Assembly (NCBI RefSeq): GCF_006345805.1
Contig: NC_043025.1
Coordinates: 15,252,001 to 15,316,000 of the forward strand
Reading direction: 5' to 3'
DNA: 64,000 bases
DNA from: Octopus sinensis
Taxonomy: Eukaryota
Both the position numbers and the translations under genes were made by a program. Positions 11,806 through 25,200 of this stretch are shown here, in pieces; the stretch's first letter is position 1, and every line of letters begins with the position of its first letter. The notes beneath the pieces were generated by a model. That model was not told where the DNA came from. It did no database searches and saw only the letters and a list, made by a program, of their open reading frames with translations.

Positions 11806-14800
11806 GGAAATTGCAGCTGTGATACCAGTGCCGGTGGTACGTAAGAGAACCATCCGAACGTGGCCGTTGCCAGCGCCGCCCCGGCTGGCCTCATACCGGT
11901 GGCACATAAAAAGCACCATCCAATCATGGCCGTTTGCCAGCCCCGTCTGGCATGTAAAAAGCACCCACTACACTCAGAGTGGTTGGCATTAGGAAGGGCA
12001 TCCAATTGTAGAAACACTGCCAGATCAGACTGGAGCCTGGTGCAGCCCTCTGGCTTCCCAGACCCCAGTTGAACCGTCCAACCCATGCTAGCATGGAAAG
12101 CGGACGCTAAACGAAGATGATGATGAAGAAGATTATTATTATTATTATTTAAGGTGGCAAACTGACAGAGCCATTCGCACGCCAGGCAAAATGCTTCGCT
12201 GCGTTTTGTCCGTCTTTATGTTCTGTCTTCAGATTCTGCCAAAGTTGACTTTACCTTTCATACTTTTGGGGGTTGATTAAATAAGTACCAGTGAAACAAG
12301 GGTCGATGTAATCGAATTGACCCCCTCCCCCAAAATTTCAGGTTTTGTGCCTTTTGTAGGAAGGATTATTCTTATGAAGGCAGTGAGCAGCCAGAACTGT
12401 TAGCGTGCCGGACAGAATGCTTAGCGGCATTTGTTCTGCGAGATGGCAGAATCAGTAGCACGCCGGGCGAAATGCTTAGCTGTATTTCGTCTGCTGTTAC
12501 GTTCTGGGTTCAAATTCCGCCGAGGTCGACTTTGTCTTTCATCCTTTCGGGGTCGATAACTTAAGTACCAGTTACGCACTGGGGTCGATGTAATCGACTT
12601 AATACCTTTGTCTGTCCTTGTTTGTCCCCTCTCTGTGTAGCCCCTTGTGGGTAGTAAAGAAATAGGCATTTCTTCTGCTTTTATGTTCTGAGTTCATGTG
12701 CCACCCAGATCAACTTTGCTTTCATCCGTCTGGGTTTCATCATGGAATCGACAAGCCCCTTTCCCCTAAATTTCAAGCCTTGTACCTATAGTAGAAAGGA
12801 TTCTTCTTCTTATCAACAGTAGTGGTAAGATGGTGTGAGCTGGCAGAATCCAAAATGCTAACAGAATTTCACCCGTCGCTAAGTTCTGAGTTCAAATTCC
12901 CTCCAGGTTGACTTTGCTCTTGCATCTTTTCAGGGTCGATAAAATAAGTGCCAGTTAAACACTGGGGTTGATGTAACTGACTCATTCCTTCTCCCCCAAA
13001 ATTATGGCCCTTGTGGCAAAATTTGAAACCTTTATTATTATTATTATTATTATTGTTTTTAATATTGTTAGCACTCTGGATAAAATGCTTAGCAGCATTC
13101 CATCCATCTTGACATTCTGAGTTCAAATTCTGCCAAGATCAACTTTGCCTTTCATCCTTTCAGGGTCAATAAAATAGGTACTAGTCAAGCACTGGGGTCG
13201 ACTTAGCCTCCTCTCCAAAAATTACTGGCCTTGTGCTAAAATTTAAATCATTATTATTATTATTATGGAGATGTACTTGCATAGCGAGTGACCTGATCTG
13301 AGATTGTGTGCTGGAACGAAAACAGTTGCAGTGTGGAAGGTGTTTATAAGCCATTTAAGAAACACACAAAAACCGTGAGATTCACTTCAACATTTAAATT
13401 TAATTTGTCAAAATATTTTCGTCGCTTTGAGACCGTGACGAAAATATTTTGACAAATTAAATTTAAATGTTGAAGTGAATTTAACGGCTTTGTGTGTTTC
13501 TTAAATGTCTTATAAACACCTTCCACGCTGCAATTATTATTATTGTTATTATTAAAAAGGTAAGTGTGAGAGGTCCCACCTTCTGTATAAATCATAATAT
13601 TTCTGTTATAATTTACAATGGGGTTATAAGAGAACTACAAAACCAGAGCCTTTAACCCTAATGAAATCATAGGATATTCTAAATACTGAACCCCTTTTTC
13701 ATTGTGCCACCAGGTGAGATCCATCACAAACTAGGATTCATACAGAAGGTGGGATCTGTAGCACTTTCCTTTTTCTCTCCTTTTTTTTTGTTTTGTTTTC
13801 TATGTTGTTTCTTACCCACATGGCTCCCTTTTACACAGCTGTTATATTTGAGTTAAATTTCTAAATTAGTTTGTCTGCATATATGTATATAAATATGTAT
13901 GTATATATATAAATTTAAGCCACAATATATGAATTCATTTAATCTGGTGAAACTCATTAAAAAAAATGCTCCTGAATGTATCTTTCAACAAAACACATAC
14001 AAAAGAAAAACATGAGAAATGTATAAAATTGTAAATAACGAGAGAAATATACCTATATAAAAGAGGAAAAAACTTGCATGCTTTGGCTTTGGTAAGGATT
14101 CAATGGCACTAGACATGCTAGGATCAAGCTGAAAATTTACACACCTATAGAAGGTGTGGTGTAGTTGCGGCCAGAGTAGGTTTCAAGTCTCTATCTCGAT
14201 AACAAAGGCCCGAAACAAGGCATTTTCTGTGAGTGAGTGGATGTCATACACTATTGCCTTGAGTTGTGTTCACGCAACATGTTGGATTCTACATGTGACT
14301 GTGTTTACGCGAATGGGGCGGAAACATTCAATTTTTGAGTTTTTTGAAAAACAAAATATGAGCATATACGTAGAAAAATTTCCTGAATCGATTGGAGCAA
14401 GTTTGAATTCTCTAGCTTGAAAAATGCAAATTCTAGCAGTTTTGAGTGTGCCTTTTTAAGGAGTTCTCAGTTGAAAATGGTGTCAAAAAATAGCTCAAAA
14501 TGAGAGAATTATTTTGCAGATCGAATCGCCTCAAAAATCGAACGGGAAGTGCTCTTAACCTATATATATAAAGCTGAAGTTGTCTGTGTGTGAGGGGCGA
14601 AACAACCCCGAGCAACGCCAGGTGATACTGCTAGTATACTACTATAAAAGAAATAAATTTTATAAAAGTATATTTCATTATAATTTCATATACATGTATA
14701 TCTATATACTCACATACACACACATATATATACATGCAGTATAAAAAGGAAGAACGAAAGGCAAACAATTGGTATTAATTTAGAGTCTGGAATTTATCTT

Positions 14801-17800
14801 CCTCATTTAACGTCCATTGTCCATTCTAGCATGGGTTGGATGGTGTGACCAGAGCTAGCAAGCTGGAGAGCTGCACCAAACTCCAGTCTGTTTTGGCATG
14901 GCTTTTATGGCTGGGTGCCCTTCCTAACATGCCAACCACTTCACAATGTGTGTCGGGTGCTCTTTTAGATGGCCCTGCATGGACACTTTTATGTGGCACT
15001 GGCTCAGGACTTGCAGGGCAATCCTGTCCAGCAGGGGGACTGGTTTTAATACTTCTGCATGGGTCTTCTCAAGTACCACAAGGAGCCGGGCATCTTGGCC
15101 CTTTGTATCTCACCCAAAAGATTCAGCCTTCTGAGGTCATTCTTCAGTACTTTCTTCCACATCTTCCTGGGTCTCCTACTTTCACGTGTCCCATCCACTT
15201 TCAGAGATTGGCGCTTCTTTAAGGAGCTGTTGACATCCATCCACATCACATGACCAAACCAGCACAACCTTCACTCTTGCACACAGCATATATTTAATAA
15301 TTGCAGGGTTGTTAGAATAGTGTATCATAGAAATAAGGGTATAAGATGTGCAGACAGTCTTTTACAGCTGTTTCCTGAACAGACGTACATATGGTGCATT
15401 TCTCTGTGGATGAAGATCAGCATTCCATATAATAGCAAAAGGAAAAAAGAAGTGGATCCCTAGTTGAGGATTTTAGTAGTTAGTAGTTTCCTTGTTGAAG
15501 GGAGAGTGGTGTAGGTCATTAGTGGAATGGCCTGTGTTTTTTTTGTTTTTTTTGCAGTTCAAGTTGGAGTTTTAGGTGGTAAATCAACGGGAAAACTTAT
15601 TGTGTATATTTATTTGATTATGTCATTAGCCACAATTTCACCTGAACACTATATTGCCACCACCATCATCATCATCATCATCATCATCAGTCTGTTTTCC
15701 ATGCTGGCATGGGTTGGATGGTTTGACAGGAACTGGTAAATCGGGGGACTTCACCAAACTCTACTGTCTGCTTTGACCTGATTTCTACAGCTGGATGCCC
15801 TTCCTAACGCCCCCGCTTCACCCCCGGAAATCTCTTGCATTATGGATGCTTCACATTCCAGAAAGTTCTTCAGCATAATGTAGGATTCTACAACACAAAA
15901 ACCTGTTTTCCCTTTGAGTTCTGTCGAAAATGAAAGTTGCAGACAAAACTAGGTTTTTCTTGCGGATCTTTCCAGAATTTTCAGGACATAACAGTGGACA
16001 TATGTATGTATGTGCCATCACCACCATCATCATCATCATCCTCATATTAACCATTTAATGTCCGTTTGGCTTATGATTTTTAGATCATGACTACAATATC
16101 CGACAGCACATTGAACTGGCAAAAGTGAGGTGTACCAGTAATTTCAAAGGGCTCAGCCTTGTTACATTCTGTTTCAAGCTGAATCTCCCTGAGAACTACA
16201 TTAGGGGTCCACCTATATCTGTCCAGTGCTCAGCTCCTTGTACATTAATTTGGTCTCAAGCATTTGTCTTATGAAGAAAGGCTGAAGACGCTCGCCCTTT
16301 ATTCTTTAGAAAAACTACGACACCGTGGTGATCTCATTCCTGCTCACAACATCATAAGCAGAAAGTGTAACCTCTCGAAAGAGCTGTTCTTCACTCCTTC
16401 TCCAGAGCGTAGGCTGCGGGGTCACTCCGAAAAGCTCTATCTGCAACGATTTCATCTCAATCGAAGGAGTGGGGCTTTCTCCGTCCGGGTTGCGGATCCG
16501 TGGAATAAGCTGCCGGACAAAATAGTGAAGATGCCGACGACTGCTCGGTTCAAAGTCTCTCTTGACCAGTAATGGCCTGAACTCTTTGCATGAACACCCT
16601 CCCTGTACATAACTCCCTGTCCCCCTACATGGCCTTGCTTTTTGCTTTTTGAGCCAAAAAATTAACTTAACTAATTTCACAACCAAGCAATTCCATTGAT
16701 TGGAACCCTTGTTATCATAACTGACTGAGTATCTGTGCATTACACTTGTATATAAATGACATCCTTAATTTAGTATTAAATATTTGTACAAAATTATTTT
16801 TTGCCTCCATGGTTATTTTCGCCTTGCCCCATGGCGGATAAGTTGTAGCATCCCAGTTTTTCTTTCACTTAAAATCATGTGAAAAATAATCTGACTTATA
16901 CACAATAGTGTATCCTCATCATTTAATGTCCGCACAAGTGGGCTGGTTACACCCCTAGCATAGGCCACGGGTTATGGTCTCACTTGGCTTGCCGGGTCTT
17001 CTCACGCACTGCATATTTCCAAAGGTCTCAGTCACTAGTCATTACCTCAGTGAAGCCTCATGTTCGGAGGTCGTGCTTCACCACCTAATCCCAGGTCTTC
17101 CTGGGTCTACCTCTTCCACAGGTTCCCTCAACTGCTAGGGTGTGGCACTTTTTCACACAGCTATCCTCATCTATTCTCGCCACATGACCATACAAACACA
17201 GTCGTCTCTCTTGCACACTGCAACTGATGTTTCTTAGGTCCAACTTTCCTCTCAAGGTACTTACACTCTGTCAAGTATGCACACTGACATTACACATCCA
17301 TCGGAGCATACTGGCTTCATTCCTTGTGAGCTTACGTATGTCCTCAGCAGTCAAAGCCCATGTTTCACTGCCATGTAGTATGGCTGTTCGTACACATACG
17401 TCATACAGTCTACCTTTTACTCTGAGTGAGAGGCCCTTTGTCACCAGCAGAGGTAAGAGCTCTCTGAACTTTACACAGGTTATTCTTATTTTAGCAGCTA
17501 CACTTTCAGCGCACCCTCCTTATCTACTGACTTGGTCACCTAGGTAACGGAAGCTATCAACTACTTCTAGTTTTCCTCCCTGGAATGTGGCGGAAGTTGT
17601 TCTCTGTGCATTTTCAGTGTTTATTGCTCCTGAGCATCTGCCACATACAAAAACCATCTTCCTAGTTAGCCTTCCTTTGATATTGCTGCACCTCTTATGT
17701 GTCCATAGCTTACACTGGGTACGTCTTATAGAGTTTCTACCTACACCTTTTCTACAGATTGAGCAGGGCCATCTACCTGAAGGGATTTGTGGTTTGCCTG

Positions 17801-20800
17801 CCTTCCTACTTCTTAGGACTTTGGTTTTAGGTAGGTTGACTCTAAGGCCCTTCGATTACAATCCTTGCTTCCACACCTGAAACTTCTCCTTTGGTTCTGA
17901 TAGTGACTCAGCAATTAGAGCAAGGTCATCAGCATAGAGGAGCTCCCAGGGGCATCCTGTCTTGAATTCCTCTGTTATTGCCTGGAGGACTATGATAAAT
18001 AGGAGGGGTCTGAGGACTGAGCCTTGGTGGACCCCTACCTCTACCCAGTATTCTTCACTGTACTCGTTGCCAACTCTCACCTTACTGACAGTGTCCCTGT
18101 ACATGGCTCGCACAGCTTACACTAAACATTCATCTATCCCTAGTTTCGTCATTGACCACCAGATAAGGGATTGGGGGGACCCTGTCAAAGGCTTTCCCCA
18201 TGTCAACGAAAGCCAGGTACAGAGGTTTATTTTTGGCTAGGTATTTCTCCTGCAGCTGTCTCACCAGAAATATGGCATCAGTGGTGCTTTTCCCTGGCAC
18301 GAAACCAAACTTTATCTCATCCAAGCTGACTCTCTCCCTAATTAGTTGGGCTATGACCCTCTCCGTGACCTTCATTACCTGATCCAACAACTTGATACCT
18401 CTGTAATTATTTGTATCTAATGTGTCACCATTTCTTTTGTAGCAGTTGACTATGGTGCTGCTACACCAGTCATTGGGTATGACTCCTTCGTGTATCACCT
18501 GGTTAATGATGCGGGTGACTAGGCTATAGCCAACGCTGCCAGATATTTATATGCATATTGAAATCACAGTGGTTGATACTAGTGTTGCCTGACTAGCACC
18601 CATGCTGGTGGCACATAAGTGCCATTCAAGCATGAATCAATGCATGTAAAAAGCGCAATCCGAATATGGTGGATGCCAGTGCCCCCTGACTAGCTCCTGT
18701 GCCGGTGGCACGTAAAAAGCACCATTGAAACATGGTCAATTCAAGTGCCCCCCCACCAACTCGCTCCTAGGCTGATGGCACATAAAAAGCGCTCCCCACA
18801 CACTCGGAGTGGTTGGTGTTAGGAAGGGCATCCAGCAGCAGAAACCCTGACAAATCAGATTGGGGCCTGGTGCAGCCTCCTGGCTTGCCAGTCCCCTGTC
18901 AGACTGTCCACCCATGCCAGCATGGAAAGCAGATTTTAAACGATGATGATATGCATATGCTTATATGAATTGGTCTCTTAGATCTCTGAGGAGGTAAGTA
19001 TTAAGGTGAGCAACTTTTTTCTGTTTTCCATATTTTAACTATTCTTCTTGTTGTTGTAATCAATTACGTATGCTCGTTAGTAAAATCCAATTTAGACTTC
19101 TGTTCATTTTCCAATTTCCTTGCATCTTGTTGTTGTTTGATGTTTGTTGTCACAGACTGCACCCTCCCTCCCTACATGACCCCTACACGATGTCTGTACT
19201 GTCCTTTGTAATTCCTCCCCCGACCACGTTTTCACACTGGCTTTCTGTTCCGCCATAACCTGGTAGAAATAGCAGCCAAATCTCCCTCACATCACATTCC
19301 ATGGAATGTTTTTTTTTTTTTAGTGTCATAGGATGGTTCCTTCAGGGTTGACTTGGACCTAAACCAGTGCTTTTCAAACTTTTTTGCTGGAGCGGAACCC
19401 CAAGGATACATTCCACTGGCTCGAGGAACCCCTGTGCAATAATTTAATAGTCTTATGCACACATATCTGCACAGGAGAAATAAAAATTACTGCCGATTTT
19501 AGCAGTTTTGTAACTTCTTGCGGAACCCCTGCACTGTACTGGCGGAACCCTGGTTGAAAACCACTGACCTAAACACTAGCCAACATTGCTCACCACTGAA
19601 GGCAACATAAATAGAACCTGCTAGAAACAACAGTCAAACCTCCTGCAAGTATCACCTTATCTTTTACTTGGTTCAGTCACTTGACTAAGGCACAGCCTTG
19701 AAGGCTTTTTAGTTGGACAAACTGACCCCAGGACTTAATGTTCTTAAGCCTAGTACTCATACTATTGGTCGCTTTTGCTGAACCGCTAAGTTACAGGTAC
19801 CTCAACACACCAATACCAGTTGCCAAGTGGTGATGGAGGACAAACACAGCTCCAAAGACACACACACACACACACACAGATATACATACATATATATTAT
19901 AATATGACAGGCTTCTTTCAGTTTCTGTCATTGACCAAATCCACTCACAAGGCTTTTGTCAGCCTGAGGCTATAGTAGAAGACACTTGCCCAAGGTGCCA
20001 CGTAGTGGACTGAACCCAGAACCATGTGGCTGGGAAGCAAACTTCTTACCACACTTGCCATGGTCATCTTTTAAACGGACAGATTTGGGATGAAGAGAAA
20101 GCTGGAATGGTCATGGCAGGCTGACCTTTAGCCATAGGTCTCCTCAATCAAGTATCAAATTTTCTACATGCATATTCAGCCTTTTAGAAATAGCAGCTAA
20201 AATCTCCTTCAAATTTTAAAAAGGACTCCTTCTTTGAATGATGTGATTCCTTGCACATAACAACAGGGTGGTCATGATTGGTACAGTATTGATCATAGCT
20301 CTACTGGATCATGACTAACCTAGGGCTAAACAACCTCCTCCACTTCTCATTCCCTCCTCTTCCGACTTCATTTTTGTTTTTTGTTTGTGATATTTTGTTA
20401 AAAAAATTTTTTAATTTGTTGTTTTTATTTTGTTTTTCTTTTTTTCTACCCTTCACCCCCCACCACCACCACTCGCCTCCCGATTTTGCCATTGTGGCCT
20501 GAAATTGACCTCTGGGTCCACCTTGCATGCTTTGACCCACTGCGTTCTACCCTGGGTGTGGGTTGGCTGGGCTGTGATTTGAAACCTTGAACCTAGTAGA
20601 AGACAACCAGTGAGCTGGACAGTGTCCGTGAAGAGCAGAAACAGCTTGAGGTGGCCACCCAGGCCAAGACTGACCAAGTCTCCCTCCAACTGCAATCCTC
20701 CACTCAACAATGTTCACAACTGGAGAAATCTTGTCAGGTTTGTTATTCCTTTTTTTTTTTGGTCCTGTTTCTTCTCCCTCCTCCCTACTGGTCCCCCACT

Positions 20801-22250
20801 TTGCCCTCCATCCACTCCTTCACCACTCCATCCCCATTTCATTCCTCCCTGTCCTCTATCGCCTCTGACCTCCATCCTCCTGTCATTCATTCGGCCTCCA
20901 GTTGTCCATCTACCCCTCCCCTAATCTCCATCTCCCACTCCCTCTTCCATCCACCCCTGCCACCCGGTTAACACCGAAATCCTCCCTGACCACCATCCCT
21001 CTGTCATCCATCCATGCCCCTCCCCCAAGCCTCCATCCACCCGACAGCTTAGCCGTGCCTCTGTTTACCAATTATTGAGGGTAGACATCATTTGGGCTTC
21101 TTTAGGCCATCATTGATGACGTGGGATCATGTGACTGGGTGGGTGCTGGGAAGTGTTTCTTCAGAATCGCTGCTTTCAGTTTCGGAGACAGAAATATCCT
21201 ATTCATTCTCGTACACCACGTGCTTTTGTACCTCATTCATTCTTTCTCTCAATATTTCCATATTTTCCATTGAAAGACCTTCAAATTCGGAGTTATTGCT
21301 TGATAGCATGAAACTTCTGTCCATTTTCAAAGTTGAAAAAAAAAATTAATGCCGTAAAAATGTGGAAAAAAAATCTCCCAAAATTCACTGAGTTCAGATA
21401 TTGGGTCAAGCAATGTCAGGTACTATAACTCAACTATTTGCAAAGTGAAATCACGTATTTTCACAAATGTACTAATGAGATTTGTGCTTAAATTCACATT
21501 TAAATAACAGTGGGTACTCACGGCCTGGTTGGTCTTAGGAACCAAAAAATTTTTCAGCCAGCTACAGCCGGGTTAGTATCAAAAGTGTTAACAGACAAAC
21601 GTGGACATCTGGTAGAAAAATATGACAAATGTGGACATCTGGTAGAACAATATGACAAACGTGGACATCTGGTAGAACAATATGACAAATGTGGACATCT
21701 GGTAGAACAATATGACAAACGTGGACATCTGGTAGAAAAATATGACAAATGTGGACATCTAACTGGACGGACAGGCATGAGCCTTTGGTTGAACAGAGAC
21801 ACAAAAATATTTGACTGGACACATGGATATCTGATAGAGAGACACAGATGTAGACATCTAACTGGACAGACAGACATGTAGACATGAGGTTGCTTGCCCG
21901 ATTGTCCAGGACCTCCAACCGGTGATGGTCAATGATAAGTAATCAAAATTAATCCCAGCGCCACCAGAAACCAAAAAAAAAAGTCAAAAAAAGAAATGAA
22001 GATATTCTTTTTGAAAACGAAACCCCAAAAAGTCTTTTGTATTTTTCCTTGTTGATGTTATCGTTGTTGTCATTTCCTTTCAGTAGAAAATCTTGGAGTC
22101 TTCTGCAATGTCCCGATTTGCATCTTGCATGGGTGTCTTCTCTCCGTTCTCTCTTATTCTTGTTTCTTTGTTGCTCGTCGCATGCCCCAAAACACCGTCT
22201 TGTGGAGCATGCATTCTTCATTGTAGTTGATAATGCCATCATCATCATCA

Positions 22251-22287
<37 letters not shown>

Positions 22288-25200
22288 GGTTGTTGTTGTT
22301 GTTGTTGTTGTCTCCAGGCTAGTTAGTGTCTGTCATAGCAGAGTAACAAAATGCTTAACAACTGATATTATTCTCTCTTTTGGGGGCCATGTGTACTTTA
22401 ACATACATGTCTGTCCGTATGTCTGTATTTATTGCATTCACTCTTTACCTCCCTCTCCTCCCCTCTATCTATTTATCTCTCTTTCTCTCTCTTTGTGAGT
22501 AATGTATGTGTGCGCCCCCCCCCCATTTCTCTCTCTGTATACAGCAGTGCTTTTCAACCTCTTTTTGCTGGAGCGGAACCCCAAAGAAACATTCCACTGG
22601 CTCGAGGAACCCCTGTGCAATAATTTAATAGTCTTATGCACACATATCTGCACAGAAGAATTAAAAATTACTGCCGATTTTAGCAGTTTTGTAACTTCTT
22701 GCGGAACCCCTGCACTGTACTGGCGGAACCCTGGTTGAAAACCACTGGTATATGTATATATGTGTGTGTGTGTGCGGTGGGGTATGGATTAGCTCACCTT
22801 GTCAAAAAATACTAACAGAGGAAAGGGTGTCTGTTTTATCTTATTGACCATTTTAACCAGCACCAGGGTTTAATAGTGTGTGTGTGTGTGTGTGTATACA
22901 TACATGGTTCTGGAAATGTATAAACCCTCCAATGGATGTAGTAATAAAATACCAGAAAATACTGTAAACACCAAATATATTACAAGGTGGGTGTGCTAAG
23001 CAGTGACATGTACAAATGCAATGCTATTCCTGGTTTGACTATACCAGGGGCAAGTTTGAATTTGTAAACCAGCGGTTCTTCACTGTGTTTTGTCATGGAG
23101 AAAATTTCTTGCTTTTGACAAATGGTGTAGAAACATACATGCACACACACACATACATTAGTAGTTGTCATTGTTGCATTGATGTGAGGTAAATATTTGG
23201 GTTGAAAATCCTGGAAATGTTGTCTGAAAAGTTATATCTTTATATATAAAACTGAAGTTGTGTGTGTGAGAGTCTGTCTCCTCCGATTTAGATTCCTAAC
23301 TACTCCCACATTTTGCGGTGCAGTTTAACTAAAAGCGGGTATCTTATAGTCATGATTCATATCGAGCCCTTCTGGGTATTAGCACGTATCTACGATGAGT
23401 CTACGATTTAAAAAAAAAACTTACCATCATTTTTTCGTTTTTTTAATGCATTTTTTACTCGGTTTTATATAAGGGAAGTAACTCTCTAAAAATGCTTATA
23501 TAGTTATTTCCCTTACAAACCCAAGCAATGCTGGGGGATACTGCTAGTATAACATAACAGGAATTTGGAGGAAAATTAATTTACCATTACACATTTGCTA
23601 TTAGGAATTACAAAAATATACATGCCGGATAAACATGGAAGAAATTTTCAGTTAGAAATTCTTTTGACAGAGAATCAAATAATCCAAAATTTATTTTTGG
23701 ATGAGGCATTTATATGTAGTAATCTGGAGTCATATAAAAAGATGGATGGATAGATAATAGGAAAAAGATAAATGAACACAAGTAGACCAAATGAGTATAT
23801 TTGCAGAGTTCAAATGAACAGCGAGGATTATATAATGGTCTTATCTTTACAGCTGTTTCAGGTGAAGCAGAGCTTATGCCATAACCATGTCTGTAGCTCA
23901 GAATATCCTGATGAGAGTAAGGTGACTTGCCTCACAGATCTATAAATATTTCTTATTCCATACACTTTTTATAATGTAAAAGATATGGTTACAGCATCAA
24001 CTCTGGCTTTCATGAAAGAGCGAGAATAGCCAAAAGGAACAAGAGCAGAGTTTTGCTCATTGTCGGAATCAACCAGACAGATCACTTCAGCTAGAATAGC
24101 TATGCACCACCACCACTCACAGTGGGAGATGCATGGCTTAGTGGTTAGGGTGTTAAGTTCATGATTGTAAGGTTTTGGTTTCGATTCCTGGACTGGATGA
24201 TGCATTGTGTTCTTGAACAAAATACTTCAGTCCACCCAGCTGACAGAAGTGAGTAACCCTGCTAGGGACTGGCATCCCATCCAGTGGGGGAATATATACA
24301 CCACATGGAAACTGGGGAACTGGCCCTTTTGAATCAGTATGTCTCTGAGAAGGTAATCTTTACCGTTGCCACCATTCATGGAATCGAGAAAGAGTTACTA
24401 ATCTGTCAACCCTGCAGTTGTCTTAGGTTGAGTCAAATTTAGCTGCAAATTCCACTCAATTGTGGTCCCCTCCAATTGGTTTCGAGGAGTTTCTGTTTTG
24501 CAACCCTAACACCATCTCCTCATTTCAGGGAACTAATGGGTTCCTGTGCAGGTCAGCCACAAACTAGACTTTAGCTGTAATGGCTACACTAATTTGCATA
24601 ATGTCAGTTGACTGAATAATAAAAATAATAATAATTAATTCATGTATTGGCCACAAGGGCTAACAAAAAACAATTAAAACATAAAGGGACAAAACACAGG
24701 ACAAAAGTTACAAAGGGTTTTGTCCGTTTGAAAATGTCCGTGTACAAAATCAGGATAACAACGAAATATAAGTAACAATTAAAACTGCCAATAGGGGGAG
24801 GCGCTTCGAAAGGGTTACTTGTGGAAAAACCCATAAAAGCCACGGGAGCCTGGTCAAAAGGCGGGGTAGAGAACCCCTTTCTCCTTTTATATTTCCTTTT
24901 AATTTTTCACAGGTGTATCCTCAGAATTGGTCCATTCATACTGGCCATTCTTGCGACATTCACCCAGCTTTCAATAAACTTGCTACCAGACATCACTTCC
25001 CTCTCTACTCTCACCTTCCTTTGAAAAAGTTGATGAGGCCTTGGCCAAAGAGGAAAGTGTCTGACCATAGCCCTTTCAAACGGGTCCACCATATCACCTC
25101 TGTCGCTACAGCCACTAGACAAAGGAAAACTGCCTTGCCCTCCCAGTTAAAGGAGGTTGGCGGGGAAATCCTCACTATGGATTCAGCTGATAGCCAGATC

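Noticed and set aside
11431-11992. Poly-I/N/L/Y ORFs
   Set aside because: Translations of the (ATT)n microsatellite.
20453-20710. Antisense ORFs over exons (also 43937-44191, 51945-52142)
   Set aside because: Shadow frames of HIP1 exons.
21594-21760. Regular repeats as a CRISPR array (also 36372-36600)
   Set aside because: No unique spacers, no cas genes, eukaryotic intron.
15355-23950. GAAACAGCTGTA half-motifs (- strand, about 15365 and 23850) and CTGATGAG at about 23908
   Set aside because: Only partial hammerhead elements without correct spacing; at most PLE-end debris.
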